Assembly (NCBI GenBank): GCA_028534125.1
Contig: CM052817.1
Location: forward strand, 84,012,001-84,076,000
Source: Lama glama
Lineage: Eukaryota
Direction: 5' to 3'
DNA length: 64,000 nt
Below are positions 38,213 through 51,280 of this stretch, one piece after another. The translations under genes were made by a program, and so were the position numbers. The notes beneath the pieces are model-generated. The model saw nothing but the letters and a program-made list of their open reading frames with translations. It had not been told where the DNA came from and made no database searches. How positions within the stretch are numbered: position 1 is the first letter of the stretch; each line of letters starts with the position of its first letter.

Positions 38213-40952
38213 GTCCTTCACATACATTGTCTCATTTTATCCTTATAATAATCCTCCAATGCAGTGCCAGTCCCCCCATTTTATAGAAGGGGCAACAAGT
38301 TCTCAGACTCTTCTACTTGTACCTAGTGACATTGAACTTCATCTTTAGTGACTTATAGTGTTTATTCATTTATGTACTTGTTTCATGAGTAAGAGGAATC
38401 ACAAGATATTAGGTATGCTGCTGTGCTAGGTGCTAGTAAGTTTGTATTCTTGGTAGAACATTGGTGTACAGATGCATTCTAATTGTTCTTAAATGTTCCT
38501 TAAGAGGAGGAACTGTTCATAAAATATATATGTCATAGTGACTAATTTATTGAGTTATATCAAAAATAGATATTCATAAGAATTAATCTGTTTAAAAATT
38601 TTTCAAGTATATAACTGGGAACAATTTTCTGATTTTAGATTGTCTAGAATCCAGTCACTCCATTTCAGAGATGAAACACAGATGAATAGTGGTTATAATA
38701 TGAACGATGCCCCAGAAACTGAAATGGAGGATTTCATTCCAGTCCTATTTTTAGCCCAACCTCCATGGACAAACTACATTGGAAAAGCCGACATGTAACT
38801 TGAGTTAACTCCACATTAAACGCATGAGTACCCACCCCAAGGCTCATTGCTGTATTGCTGGTGAGATAATGTACAAAAATAATTTTATAAGTTGAAAAAT
38901 GCCTATAAACATAAAAGATGAATCTTTAAAATTGTTGGTGCCACTGCTGCTTCCTTAACTCAAGGGAGCCTACAATATGCCAAGCACTGTGCTAAATGCT
39001 ACTTAGAATTTTACTCATTTAATCTTCCTCATTGACTGCTCTGAAAAGCAAGGTCACAGCTGACAGTCACTGGTGGTGCAAAAAAGGTTCAGTTCTGTTT
39101 GCTGAGATGGCTCTGGGATATGCAGGTTCTTGGTGGCCAGAGAGGGAGAGTTCCAAGTGAAACCTTCCTTAGTGACATAGTGAAATCCCAGAGTTTGTTG
39201 AAGTGGTATTATGCCCCATCACCATGCCTCACACAGAAACAGATCTGTGCAAATGTGCTTGTCCTTTTTAGAAAGATATAATCCCTTTTGAGATAACAGA
39301 AGATACTCTGGAATTTGAAAGTCAGTGAGAGGAACTACTGGTGTAGAGTATTTCTTGACTAATGGAAAGGCAGAACTTCTTCTGGGGGCTGTCATCAGCA
39401 GACTAGAGACAGTGATGTGGTCATTGCCAATCTATGTGGTTACTCAGAGGCTAAAAGGTAACAACACATCCAGTTTAATAAAACCCAACAGCAGGCATCT
39501 AGAGAATCAATAAACATTGGTTGATGTCCACCAGGAAACTTGGAAGCAAAGTTACTCCAACAGGAAGATCTTTTGCAGACAGTTATTTTTGAACAACAAT
39601 CTAAGATGTGTAAATGCAGAAATAGAAATGACTAATGGCAGGAACCCTGACTTGCTGCCTTGAAGTTATTAGTACGCTGTGATTGCATTGCAGCTTTTTA
39701 TGGTATGGTCAAGAGGTCCCCATTATTTAATACCTCCTTTGCCTACCAATTGCCTCTCTTAGGAAAAAAAAATGCTAAAATATTCTGTAGAACCAGTACT
39801 CGAAGTAGCAGCCTCTATAGCAACAGAGCAGGTAGGAGGTAGCTTCTGTAGTTTCTATCTCGTACTTTTTTCCTCCAAATATCCAGATTTCTAAGTTTGA
39901 AAAAAACACAAACACCAAAAACCTCATTAGAATTTTGGATTAAAGACAGCTATCTGTCTTGTCTCATTTTTTGATATGCCAGCTGATAATTGGGCTATAG
40001 CTGAGTCTAAAAATAACATACAGTACATTAAAATAATATTCCTTGGCTACATTTCCAAAGTGGTATTCTGGGACTTCTGTGCATTAATCCTGTAACAATA
40101 ACAGGATTTGCGCTTTTAACTCCCCTGGTGGAGCTTTCAAAATCTAGCCTAAAGCAGCTAATGTTGCTGTTTAAATCATCCTCTCACTATCCTTAGGGAA
40201 ATGTGGAGATTGAAAAAATGACAACCCAACTGCTCAAATGACCTATACCTTAGAGAATAAGAGAAACAACCTATTTCCTCTCAGGAACTGGGCAGGTCAA
40301 TATAAATATTTCAAAAGGACCATCATGCAATAAAGGTCTTAGAATTCATATCCTACTTCACAGCACCATAGTTATTTCCAGTGTCGACATACCAGATTTC
40401 CCACAGGTGAGAGAGACAGTGTGGTCACTGAATAACTGGAATTGAACTGGGTTACAAGTGTATGAGCTTCTGTGTGTTGTGTGTGTGTATGTGTAGGGAA
40501 GGAAGGGGAAGAAAGCTGTCATTATTGTGTATGTTTCTGGTAAACATGCTTTTTTCTCTACAGAAATTTGGGCATATCTCAGAAATTAGATGCTGTTAAT
40601 CATGTCAGCTAAAAAATGCATATCCGAAAATTTACACACAGCTCTAAATTAAAGCTCTAACTAGCTCTAAGTTGAAGTGGCAGGAGTTTTTCAATGATAC
40701 CATTAATTGCATTTTATTAATTGAGAAAAAGAGCTTTTGTGTAGCTCTGATTATGATGGGCTAGATTTAATCAGTGTAGGTACCACTAACAGGCTGGCAC
40801 TGCTTTAGGCCTGCAATGCCTTTGAAATTCTAAAATGGAAAAGGAGGCCAACACACTGAGCAATTATTTCAGAACAGATTGCCCGTTAACATTTCATGAT
40901 ATCACCGAAATTCATCGTTTCTGGGACAGAGACTTGCTTTGGCTATGAACAT

Positions 40953-40967
40953 CCAAGAGGTGGCAGC
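40953..40967 (+). promoter_or_regulatory. Candidate CTCF motif
   Basis: CCAAGAGGTGGCAGC resembles the CTCF core CCASYAGRKGGCRS (two deviations) in non-repeat sequence. Confidence 0.35.
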
Positions 40968-41899
40968 ACCCCATGCTCTGTTGGCTGGCTGCATCTCTTC
41001 AGAGCACACCGCAGAGGTCTCATCATTGCGTCACCTGAAAGCCAGTTTGCATGGAGGGGGAGGAGGGAGTGATGGAAGGGAGATATAGCATTTTACATCT
41101 TGGTTCTTCCAGAGAGTTCAGGAAACAGCTGCACGGATTGTTTTAAATGAATTTGAAAAGGTTTTTCTTTTCTTATTTTTTCCCTGAAATCTTTGACGCT
41201 ATGTGATATCTTTCTATGAAGACCACATGAGTACACTTATGTGTTTCCTTGTTTGTGCTCCCTGAGGGAGGAAGAGTTTCAATTGTCAGGGATCCCCTGA
41301 GACCTCATTTTCAATTGCCTGTACTTGTCTTTATAAACACAGGAAGTTGGGATTAAGACAGCATCATCGACAGTCGTTTTTTGGAGCATGTGTTTGTGCA
41401 AGGCACTTAACAGAGCTTCAAGAATGTGACACTGTACCCCACTAGAGCACGTCTCTTCTTCCCCCAACTATTCTTGAAGCCCCCTCCTCTATCTCATGCT
41501 AAAAATACTCCACAGAACAAATAGCTGTTGAGGCAGTATGAAAGCCTGCACAAGTAAGTAAGTAGCCTGACAGGCTACATGTCAAATGCCTGTGATGAAG
41601 GCTTTGGGTGACATGGGTGAGGGAGCATCAGGGCTGGTCTAGACTGGCCAACGTCCAGTATCTTTAGAGCCTGGTCCTCTGCCTGTGTGTTAGTTTGAGG
41701 GCAAGGTTGGGACACACGGATGGAACTTGCTGGTGGGGTTTGGTTGGCAGGATACGGGAGACAGGACTCCTATGGGAAACTAGTCTTCAGGAGGCTACAA
41801 GGAAGCTGGAACACAGCTCAGTCATGGGAGTTCCTGTACCCACTCTATCTATCATAGGGATTTGGTTTCTATGTCCACCACAACTGCAGGCACCAACTT

Positions 41900-42689
41900 T
41901 TTTGTTATTGAAGCATAGTTGATTTACAATGTTGTGCTGATTTCTGGTGTGCAGCACAGTGATTCACTTATATATACATATATATATTCTTTTATGTTAT
42001 AGATTATTACAGGTATTTAAGATAGTTCCCTATACTATACAGTAGGATCTTGTTTATCTACTTTATATACACAGTAGTGTGTATCTGTTAATCCCAGGCT
42101 CCTAATAACTCTGTTTATCCATCCCCTAACTTTCCCCTTTGGTAGCCATAAGTTTGTTTTCTATGTCTGTGAGTCTATTTCATAAATAAGTTCATTTGTG
42201 TCATTTTTTTTAGGTTCTACATATAAGTGATATCATATGATATCTGTCTTTCTCTGCCTGACTTACTTCACTTAGTGTGATAATCTCTAGGTCCAGAAAT
42301 GTTGCTGCAAATGGCATTCATTATTTTATTATTTTTTGTGGCTGAGTACCATTCCATTGTGTGTGTATATATATATATACACCACATCTTCTTTATCCAG
42401 TCATCTGTCAATGGACATTTGGGTTGCTTCCATGTCTTGGCTATTGTAAATAGTGCTGCTATGAACATTGGGGTGCATGTATCTTTTTGAATTAGAGTTC
42501 CTTTCAGTTATATGCCCAGGAGTGGGATTTCTGGATTATACAGTAAATCTATTTTTAGGTTTTTTTTAAGGACTCTCCATACTGTTTTCCATAGTGGCTG
42601 CCCAAATTACGTTCCCACCAACAGTGCAGGAGGGTTCCCTTTTCTCCACACCCTCTCCAGCGTTTATCATTTGTGGGCTTTTTAATGAT
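41900..42689 (-). mobile_element. 5'-truncated L1 (cetartiodactyl-type 3'UTR + ORF2 C-terminus)
   Basis: ORF 42268-42468 gives MFIAALFTIAKTWKQPKCPLTDDWIKKMW; 15-bp TSD tgcaggcaccaactt (41885-41899) / tgcagccatcaactt (42690-42704). Confidence 0.95.
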
Positions 42690-42893
42690 TGCAGCCATCA
42701 ACTTGGCCTAGCTTTCAGCTCTGTGCACCTTTTCAGTAGCTCATTTCTTTAACTTAGTCTCAGCTTTGGCACTCTCATGCTCTCTGTCCCATAGTTTTCC
42801 TATGTGACATATGCTCTCTGAATACATCTTTTCAGTTTCTACTCCCACTGATGACTCAAGGACCATGTTCCCTGTATTTCTCATTCAATTTCC

Positions 42894-43108
42894 AGAAGGA
42901 GAAGGGGAAGAAGTGAGAGTGGGAGAGAGGAAGGGAGAAAGAGAGAGAAAGGAAGGAAGAGAGGAAGGAAGGAAGAAAAGGAAGGAAGGAAGAAATGAAG
43001 GGAGGGAGGGAAGGAGGGAAGAAAGAAAGGAAGAAAAAAAAGAAAAGGAAGGAAGGAAGGAAGGAAGAAAGAAAGAAAGAAAGAAAGAAAGAGAGGAGAA
43101 GAGAAGAG
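42894..43108 (+). repeat. Polypurine (GGAA/GAAA) low-complexity tract
   Basis: About 215 nt with only three T and no C. Confidence 0.95.
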
Positions 43109-44724
43109 TCTTATTGGCTTAATCACATAATCACATAGTCCCTGTCCCTGATTGAGCTTTGGAGGTCTGACCACTTCCCAGAGGCTGAGCCTGACTGTGA
43201 TTGGGAGTCCTTGAGTCACTTTAATTTATTAAAGGCCTGCTCAGGGTGCTCCCCAGCCTAGACAGTGGGCACAGGTGTTCCTTTCAGGAGGGCTGTGGAT
43301 ATGAAAGGCACTGACTGATATTTTGCCACTTTCTCCATGCAAAGAAGGGCAGCAGGATTCTCTTAGGCTCGATAACGTTGGATGTCCTGATGTCAGGTAC
43401 ACTGCCCTTGTGGGTTGCTTACACCCTGGTAAAAAATGAACTCTTTACCTCTTTTCTTTTTCACAGAAATTCAGTCATGCAGCTTGGAGAATGCATTTCA
43501 GGGTGGTAATTTACACTCAATCTTCAGTGATTCCAGAGACTTGGAGAAAAGGGAATAGAACCTTCATTTGAACCATGATGTCATGCGATTTTTTACAGCA
43601 CAGGTTTGTTTGGGGGAGGGGAGTGGTTGGATTAGATTCCAGTCTCCTTGTTATAATCAAGTTTTCCTTAATAAGATCTGTCATATATTGTAATCTGAAG
43701 GCAGATTCTCAAGTGCTACCTCTAGGTGCTACCCCTAGGTCCCACAGCATATGCAGCAATGAGCAACTTACCTGTTGCCCAGTGATTTGGCAGCATCCCT
43801 GGTTATTACAGCCAAGCCATCTGGAGCAGGGGCAGAGAGGGCACACAAGGTATGATGACCAGATAGCTGCTGCAGTTTCTTGGCCTTCGCCTTTGCCTTC
43901 TGTAGTCCTTTCGCTGTTCCACTGAGGGCATGTGGCAAAACCAGGTAGGCCCCACGAGGCAGCTTATCTGCTTTTGTTTACTTCCATTTGAGCAACCAAG
44001 AACCTGAGGAGCTCTTTCTTCTCTGCTGTGTGCCTCAGGAGAGCCTAAACATTGCCTCCATCTCTTCCACTTGTAGCCAGTCTCAGCCATAAAGTACTGA
44101 TAGGAGTCTATTCACTGTGGGTGTAAGGATGAAACAGGGTGCAAACTATGGTTAGGTTTTAGTGATGGTTGAGTCCCTTCAGCACATCTATAGGAATGTC
44201 CATTTATGGTGAATCTGGTCACTAATTGCACTGTTTTGTGGCATCACATTCATCATTATCTGATTTTTTTTAAAAAAAGTATTATTTAATGTTTCCTAAT
44301 GTTAAGTTTGAGCTCACTAATTAGACTGTAAGTTCCTTGAAAGAAAGAAGGGGCTTCTGTACTCCTAAGCATCTCCTGCAATGTCAAACATAGTCTTATA
44401 CAAGGAGTGGGCCCTCAATAGATATTTGTTAAGTTGTTTTCACTCAATCTCAATTCTATGTGCAGCTCAGAAGATTTCTTATTAGACTTCAAGGAGTCTA
44501 GATCTTTTCCCGTTATCTGTTTGGAAATCTGAAGGTACAGATTGATTTTGACCAACTTTCCAATTTCCACGTTCTCTTGATCACTTCAGAAGAACAGCAC
44601 CTTAGAGACAGAGTTCTCTGGCACTCAGATGCCCCAGTCTTTAATGGGATTCAAAATGTCTAGGAGTCTTCAGCCTTTGACTTTCCTCTTAGTTAGCTTC
44701 CTCTTTCACCAAACAGTTCTCCTC

Positions 44725-45045
44725 TCCTATTAGGATAGGTGAAGTTATGCTGTGGTAACAATAGCTTCCAAAACTCAGTAAAGATTCTTCTGTCAGAGAG
44801 ACTCTGAGACCTAATGGCAGATAGTCCGTCATCTCAGCATGTGTTGCCGGGATCACTGCAGGAGGGGAGTGAGCATGGATAATTGTGTGCTAACACTTAA
44901 CTAAGTCTTCCACTCAAAAGTGACACATTTTACATCTGATCATATTTCACTGGCCAAAGTATGTCACATGGCCAAGCTGATCTTCAAGGGGATAGAGAAG
45001 TTCCATTCTGCCTTGTCCCTACCAGAGGAGAGAACCAGAAACAGT
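44725..45045 (-). mobile_element. Old MLT1 (J/K-like) LTR fragment
   Basis: 'ttaggataggtgaagttatgctgtggtaaca...aagtgacaca...cactggccaaag...gtcacatggccaagc'. Confidence 0.7.
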
Positions 45046-45719
45046 AGTGTCCTTCTTAGAGAGCTTAGAAGTTGCTGCCTTCTAGTTTGTTCTTTACTGA
45101 GGCATGGAAACCCTGAGACTAAATAGACATACATTGTTTTGGGGGTTTCACAGGAATTAAAAACCAAAATGAACCTGTAAAAAGATAATTCATGTCAATA
45201 AAATTTTAAAAATATATTATGTAAGTATCAGGTTTTTTTTTTTTCCTGGCAAATGAACGATCAGAAGTTATCAGCTCAACCCTTTCTGAATGCCATCTGT
45301 AGATAGATGGTTGATGTAAACGATCCCATATGTGTATCGTTTCCAGGCCTCATCGTGCTTCTGATGCTTCCTATGTGTCACAGTCACCTGAAGGCCCAAC
45401 AACTCAAACACTCCTTCTCCAAAGAGCAGAGTCACTTTGGACTCATGGGCTGTGAGGATCCATGCTTTACTCCTGCCCTGTGCCTGATTAGACTCTGTTG
45501 GTTGCAGAGCAAGACCCCAGGTTCTTCAAAAGCAGGCAGGGGTTGACAAACTCACTCACTCGTCCTACACTCCTTACTTACTCAATAACTCCCCTCCCTC
45601 CAAAGAATTAATTCTAACTATAAGAACAAGAAGTTTATTCACCAATATAATGAGTTTGGTAGTCAATTCTCTTTTTAATACAAGTCAATGGGCTATTACT
45701 ATGACGTGCCCGATGAGAG

Positions 45720-45940
45720 CTAACCATGTTGTGACTGAAAGAGCCTCTGCATTAGAGTCTGAATATTGTTAGTCCCAGTTCTGCCATGTTCTAGCTGCGT
45801 TACCTTGGAAAAGTCACTTGGCCTCTCTGAGTCTTCATTGGCGAGATTAGAATAATTGTATTTACCTTCCAGGATGGAGTTTCCTGTCTATAAAATATAG
45901 ATTATATCTACTTCTCAGGGTTGTGGGGATTTAAATTATT
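45720..45940 (+). mobile_element. MIR SINE (partly duplicated core)
   Basis: 'agtcccagttctgcca...accttggaaaagtcacttggcctctctgagtct'. Confidence 0.7.
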
Positions 45941-46512
45941 TTGACAAAGATAATTTCTGGGCAATATATATGTATAAGTATGTATATCCCAAGCTGGAAA
46001 CTTCTTCCCTTGTTTTTTGCTTGCTAATTAAGAGTCATAAATAAAATGCTGACGAGCTGCAGTCTGCCGTCTGTGCTGTAGCTGGAGGGCTGTTTTGACT
46101 TTGCCTGACAAATGGCTAACCAGCCGCTCCCACCATGCCCAACTCAAGTGTTCAGCGCTGAGAAATCCAGCTACTGCCAACAGCATCTTATAAACTTGTC
46201 ACTGTTTACTTACTTGGTGACAGTGTTTTTGTTCACTGATCATCCCTGAGATTTCACCCATCAGGGTGTGTCTGTTTCCCTCAAAATGCCAAAATGCCAT
46301 TTAAACACAATCATTTCTCAAACCACATGAAAATAGTGATGATCCCTAAATGAGACTTAGTGCCTTTGCAATTCATCCCCATTGCAGTGTAGCTGGGGTG
46401 GGATGTTGTCTTTACTAAGCAGTAGCTGGATATGCATGGGGCTTTTCTAAATGGACAGAAACTTCAGAGCTGCTTCAATACGCTACTAGCCAAGACTTCC
46501 AGGTAACCAGCT

Positions 46513-46718
46513 GAGTGGTATGCCGGAGACAGCTTATATCAGCTTGAGAGAACTGATTGTTAAATTTTCAGGAATTTTGCAAGGTGGTTGATGTCATGTT
46601 GGTAGATTGGAACCGCTGTGGTGGGAGTGTTGACACAATGAAAATTGGCAAACACTGCAAAATCAGGCTTTTTTTTCCCCAGAGAGCTGGTTGCTAAATG
46701 TTTACCAGCTCACCATTC
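46513..46718. mobile_element. MER63-like hAT-Blackjack MITE
   Basis: 'gattgttaaattttcaggaattttgc...ggtgggagt...aaattggcaaacactgcaaaatcagg...tttaccagctcacca'; homologous to 49455-49654. Confidence 0.8.
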
Positions 46719-47389
46719 TACAGTATGACCAAGTCTTTGTGTACTTGGGTCAAACCCAAATGTGACTGAGGATGGGAGAAGGGACATTGCAAATCAGAAG
46801 TATAAGTAAAACCATGGTGCTGAATTCAGGAAGAAAGAGACCTAACTTTTATTGAGCCTGTGCTGTGTGCCAGGGTGTACTGTAGTCTAGATTGGGATTG
46901 ATACATATCAGCAGGTGTTTAGCAAATTAATGGGGTGGGCCTACCAAAAAATGTGTTCATGTGGAGAACAGAGAGACTTCCAGAGCCTAATTCAAACCTG
47001 GTTGTGGGAGAGGAGGGACAATGTGAGGTATAGCATGGTGCTTTTCCCTCAGGTTTCAATCCAGGCACAGACTGAGAGTGGTGGAGGCTGGGTTGAGGAA
47101 AGACTAAGTAAAACCTGAAAAGGCTGTTTCAGCAGGACTGTAGTATAAGGCAGCATGTTTGGACTTGGCATCTTGTTTGTTCCAGGATCTTACAGGGACA
47201 GCAGAGTCTTGGCTGACACCCTGGAGATCAGTGAGGTGGGCCCACTCGTGAGCACTTTTTCAAAAGTACTTTGACGAGGGTCACCATCTTGTGTGAACAG
47301 ATAGGGACAAGGGCCAGTGAATTTATTTATGTGACCTCATATGTACATAAGCTGATAAGGCAAGGGGGAAACTTGCAGCACATATATTT

Positions 47390-47560
47390 TCTCAGTGTGT
47401 TCTCACAACAACCATATGAGAAAGGCATTATTATATCCATCTTATGGATGAAGAAACTAAGGATCAGAGAGCTTGAGCCATTTGCCTGTTATGAAAGGCA
47501 GAAAGTAAGTGGCAGATATGAGGTTCAAAGGTGGGATTGTCTGACTTCAAACACCCCCAC
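47390..47560 (-). mobile_element. MIR SINE
   Basis: 'ctcacaacaaccatatgag...attattatatccatcttatggatgaagaaactaagg'. Confidence 0.75.
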
Positions 47561-49454
47561 AGCCTCTATGACTTCCTACGCTGTGTCTCTACATAGTCTT
47601 CTGTCCTTTCCTTTTTTCTGGTCTTGGGGAAAGTGTTGTCTCTCCTCTCTCTAAGGCCAACCTTTTCACTTGTGTCCACAAATTCTGTACCCTCCCAATT
47701 CCTGCTCCAGAGTCTTTATAAAGCCCCTCGCCCTTGCTCTGTTGTGCATCCTTGATGTGTCCCTCATCACAAACTTCTTTCCATCTATCACCTGACATGA
47801 GTGGCTGTGGGGTATCTTTCTCAGTCTTCTCTCCCTTAGCCTTTCAGCCACATTGAACACAGTTCAAATTCTTCTTTATTCTTGAAACTCTCCACTCCTA
47901 GCTTCTGTGACTTGCTTGTATTTCTCTTCCCTCTCTGGTTACTCCTCTGGCCACTTCTGGCTCTTCTCCCTTTTCTTAATCCTTGAACTCTAGGCATTAC
48001 TCCAAGAATCTGGTGTTGGTTCTCTTCTCTTATTCAGTCTTTACCCTTTGAGGTTCCCTTTGGACTAGGCTCTCTACACAGACAGTCTGAAATCAATAAT
48101 CCACAGGTCTGATTGGGAAATGAGTAGAAGTAACTTGGCAGGATCTCTAGGGCCAAGAGCAATCTCTGGCATGGAGTAAGCACTCAGTCAATAAATAAAT
48201 AGATTTCTGATGAAGATAACATTGTGGACAGAGCTTCAGCATATGTGTATTGATTTATTTGAAGTCTACCCCTCTTTAGGCTCTGAACTCATCAAAGTCA
48301 GGAACTGTACCTTCCCCCCATTTTTGACTCCCTGATCCAGCAAAATACATAATAGCTGTTCAATAAGTGTTTGCTGAATGAATGAATGTGTCCAAGTTTG
48401 CTGATAATTAGGTGCAGAATTGTGGCAGTCCTGGAATTTAGACTTTCTTCTGTGTGTGGTGAGCTTGGAGCCATCCAAGGTTTTTTCTCATTTGAGTAAC
48501 TCAATTGGATCTGAGCTCCAGGATGACTCATCTGGCTGCAGTCCATGTTCAAAACCTTGCACCATCTTCCTCCCCTGCCCCTGCTATTCTATCTCTAATC
48601 AGTGATCCCATCTTGTTGGTTTTACTTCAGAATATGGCTTTATGGTTTGTATCTGTGTTTTTGTTTCTATTCTCATGGCCACCTCCCAAGGTCAGCCCTA
48701 ATTACCTCCTGTCTGGACTTCAGTGCTGATCACTCCCATTCCAATCACTGTTCTGCATGCCACAGGCTTTGGCTGTTCTACTAATGGGTGGCTCTGTGTT
48801 TGAAAAAAAAAAAAGAAAAGAAAAGATAACAAAGCTGAATTGGGTTTGGGAAAATAAGGCTAAAGAAGGCTAATGTAACTCTCCATTTTTTGCCTTTAAT
48901 CCTGTAGGCCCTTTAAATCTTCTGGCTGCTTTGGGTTCTACCCTTGAGTTGTCTGAGTGGCTTAATCCCCTCATTGCTTCCTATAACAAAGACTAGCATC
49001 CCATCCCCACAATAAAGCCAAGTTGTAGGAGAAAGAGTGGACCATTGGAAAGGTTATGCTTGTGACTGTTGGAAATGGAAGAAAAATACTTTAGGAAAGG
49101 GAGGACAAGGAAAGGGAAAAAGTAGAAGAGGAGGTAGGGAGAAGGTCTTTGAGATAGTATTTCTAGAAGGATGAAAAAAAGAGGGATAGAAGACAAGAGC
49201 TGAGCTCCTACCATTTTTTCATACCATTTGGGGTAAATAGGCCCTTTCTGAAAATACTTTCTTAGAACTTTGTGGGTCTGGAGTTTATCTTAATGAAATA
49301 GTGAGCTAATGGACTTGAGGGGACCTCTTTGGGGACTCCTACACTTAAAAAATTTAGGTCAGTGTTACACAAAGTGTGATATGCCTTCTGCAAGGAATTA
49401 AGTATAAAAATGACAGTAAGTATTTAGAAACCTTTTAGTAATTATACATTGCCA

Positions 49455-49654
49455 CTGTGATGTGCTGGAGGTGGTTAGAGAGAGCCAATTTTGGGCATTT
49501 TTTCGCATCTCTGTGGCTCAGTGACTTCAAGTAGGTAGCTTGAAGTCAGTCGTGGTAGGAAATACTTTTATCTTACAAATGGGCAAATGCTACAAATCAG
49601 GACTCCTCCCACCCCCCAAGAATCAGGGGCTGAACACTTACCAGCACATCACTG
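49455..49654. mobile_element. MER63A-like hAT-Blackjack MITE
   Basis: TIR gtgatgtgctgg...ccagcacatcac; 'ggcaaatgctacaaatcagg'. Confidence 0.8.
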
Positions 49655-50025
49655 CCTGGCTGCCATATCTGCACACCTGATCAGGAGACACTGTTGAATA
49701 GAGTTGTTAAATTTGCACAGTGAGTTGCTTGTGGCTGCTGCCGCCTACTCAACATGGTAAGATTATCTATCTGTCAGCAAAGGAATGGGGGAAAACTGGT
49801 TCTTCACCATAGGGAATTTGAAATACACTGCCTTGGATCATCTTCAGCTTGTTCAAGTATTCCCAGAGGGCTCCATGATAACCAAATAGAACAGCCCATT
49901 GGTTTAGAAACTTGCCACTCCAGGTTTCAAGCACTCTAGGACAGTTAGGACCCAAGGTAGCATAGAATCCAGGTAGCAGGTTGAGCCAGGGCAGGGAAGT
50001 TATATGTGAAACAGAGGAAGGTGTA

Positions 50026-50391
50026 TGTATTAGTCTACTAGGGCTGCTATAACAAACTACCACAGACTGGGTGGCTTAAACAACAGAAATTTATTCTTTC
50101 ACAGTTCTGGAGGCTGCAAGTCCATGATCAAGGTGTTGGCAGGTTTGGTTTCTCCTGAGTTCTCTCTCCTTGGCTTGCAGATTGCTGCCTTCTTGCTGTG
50201 TCCTCACTTGTTCTTTCCTCTGTGCTTGGGCATCTCTGTTGTTTCTTCTTTTTCTTATAAAGACATTGGATTAGGGGCCCACCTTTATGACCTGAATTAC
50301 TTCTTTTAAGGCCCTATCTCTAAATACTATGACACTGGGGGTTAGGTGTTTGGCTCATGAATTTCAGGGGGACACAATTCCTTCTGTAACA
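50026..50391 (-). mobile_element. MLT1A MaLR solo LTR
   Basis: 'tgtattagtc...gggctgctataacaaactaccacagactgggtggcttaaacaacagaaatttatt...cacagttctggaggctg'; TSD gtgta/gtgtg. Confidence 0.92.
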
Positions 50392-51064
50392 GTGTGTCAC
50401 TGTCAACTGTGCTAGTGCTGCATTCCAGTCAAGCACATGTAATGACACAGGACTGTGGAGACCTTGCATGCACTCCAGGGATACATTCTCACTTCTCCTG
50501 GATGCCCCTTCCACTTTCCAGCAATCTCCAACCTCCCCAAGTGCTACCCCTCTGTCAGTTCCCACCTCAAGTCCCATCTCTCCAATCTAATCTTCTCTCA
50601 CCCCTCCTGCTTGGAGAGAAGTCTCTCTCACCTGACTCATCCTAGCACTTTTGCTCTGTATTGTTAAGTTGGTAATGAATCTCATCAAGCTTTGCAAGGC
50701 CTGTCCCGGCATCATATCAATGTACACACAGTGTGTATTTAGGGCTTGTCTACTTAGCTAGATTATAGGTACCTTGAGAAATGGACATTTTACTCTTCTC
50801 AACACCTAACCTCTTCCATTTAGTGATTAATTAGCTGTGTGTCTTTTATAGAGTAAGAACTCAATAAATATCACAAAAATGATGTACTTTTTCCTGAAAT
50901 GGTTAAGGTCGTTATATGGTCATAGGTGTATGTGGAATCAAACTCATGGTAGTGAGCTCTGAGGGGTATTTTTCTCCTAATTGTGGATATCAAGCTAGAA
51001 TTTTCTTGTAAGTGCTCCTGGAATATCATTTGCAGATGCCATTGTTCCGGTGAGTTATCATGAC

Positions 51065-51280
51065 TTGTAACTCTGACTCTGGTGTAAAAGAACTGGATTC
51101 GAGTTCTGGTTTTCCCAGGTACCAGCTGTCTGGCCTTGGATAAATTATCTAAACTCTCTAAGGCTCAGTTTCTTCATCTGTAAAATGGGAGTAATAATAA
51201 TACCTTATTTCACGGAGTGGTGACATGGGAGTGAAATAGAAGCAGTAGCACTCAATGACTAGTGAATGTTCATCATTAAT
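51065..51280 (+). mobile_element. MIR SINE
   Basis: Core 'ctcagtttcttcatctgtaaaatgggagtaataata'. Confidence 0.85.

Noticed and set aside
42811..43219. Charged and hydrophobic 103/112-aa ORFs
   Set aside because: They are translations of the polypurine microsatellite.
44593..44613. REST/NRSE site (cagcacc...gacag)
   Set aside because: Spacing and right half-site do not fit the canonical TCAGCACCnnGGACAG.
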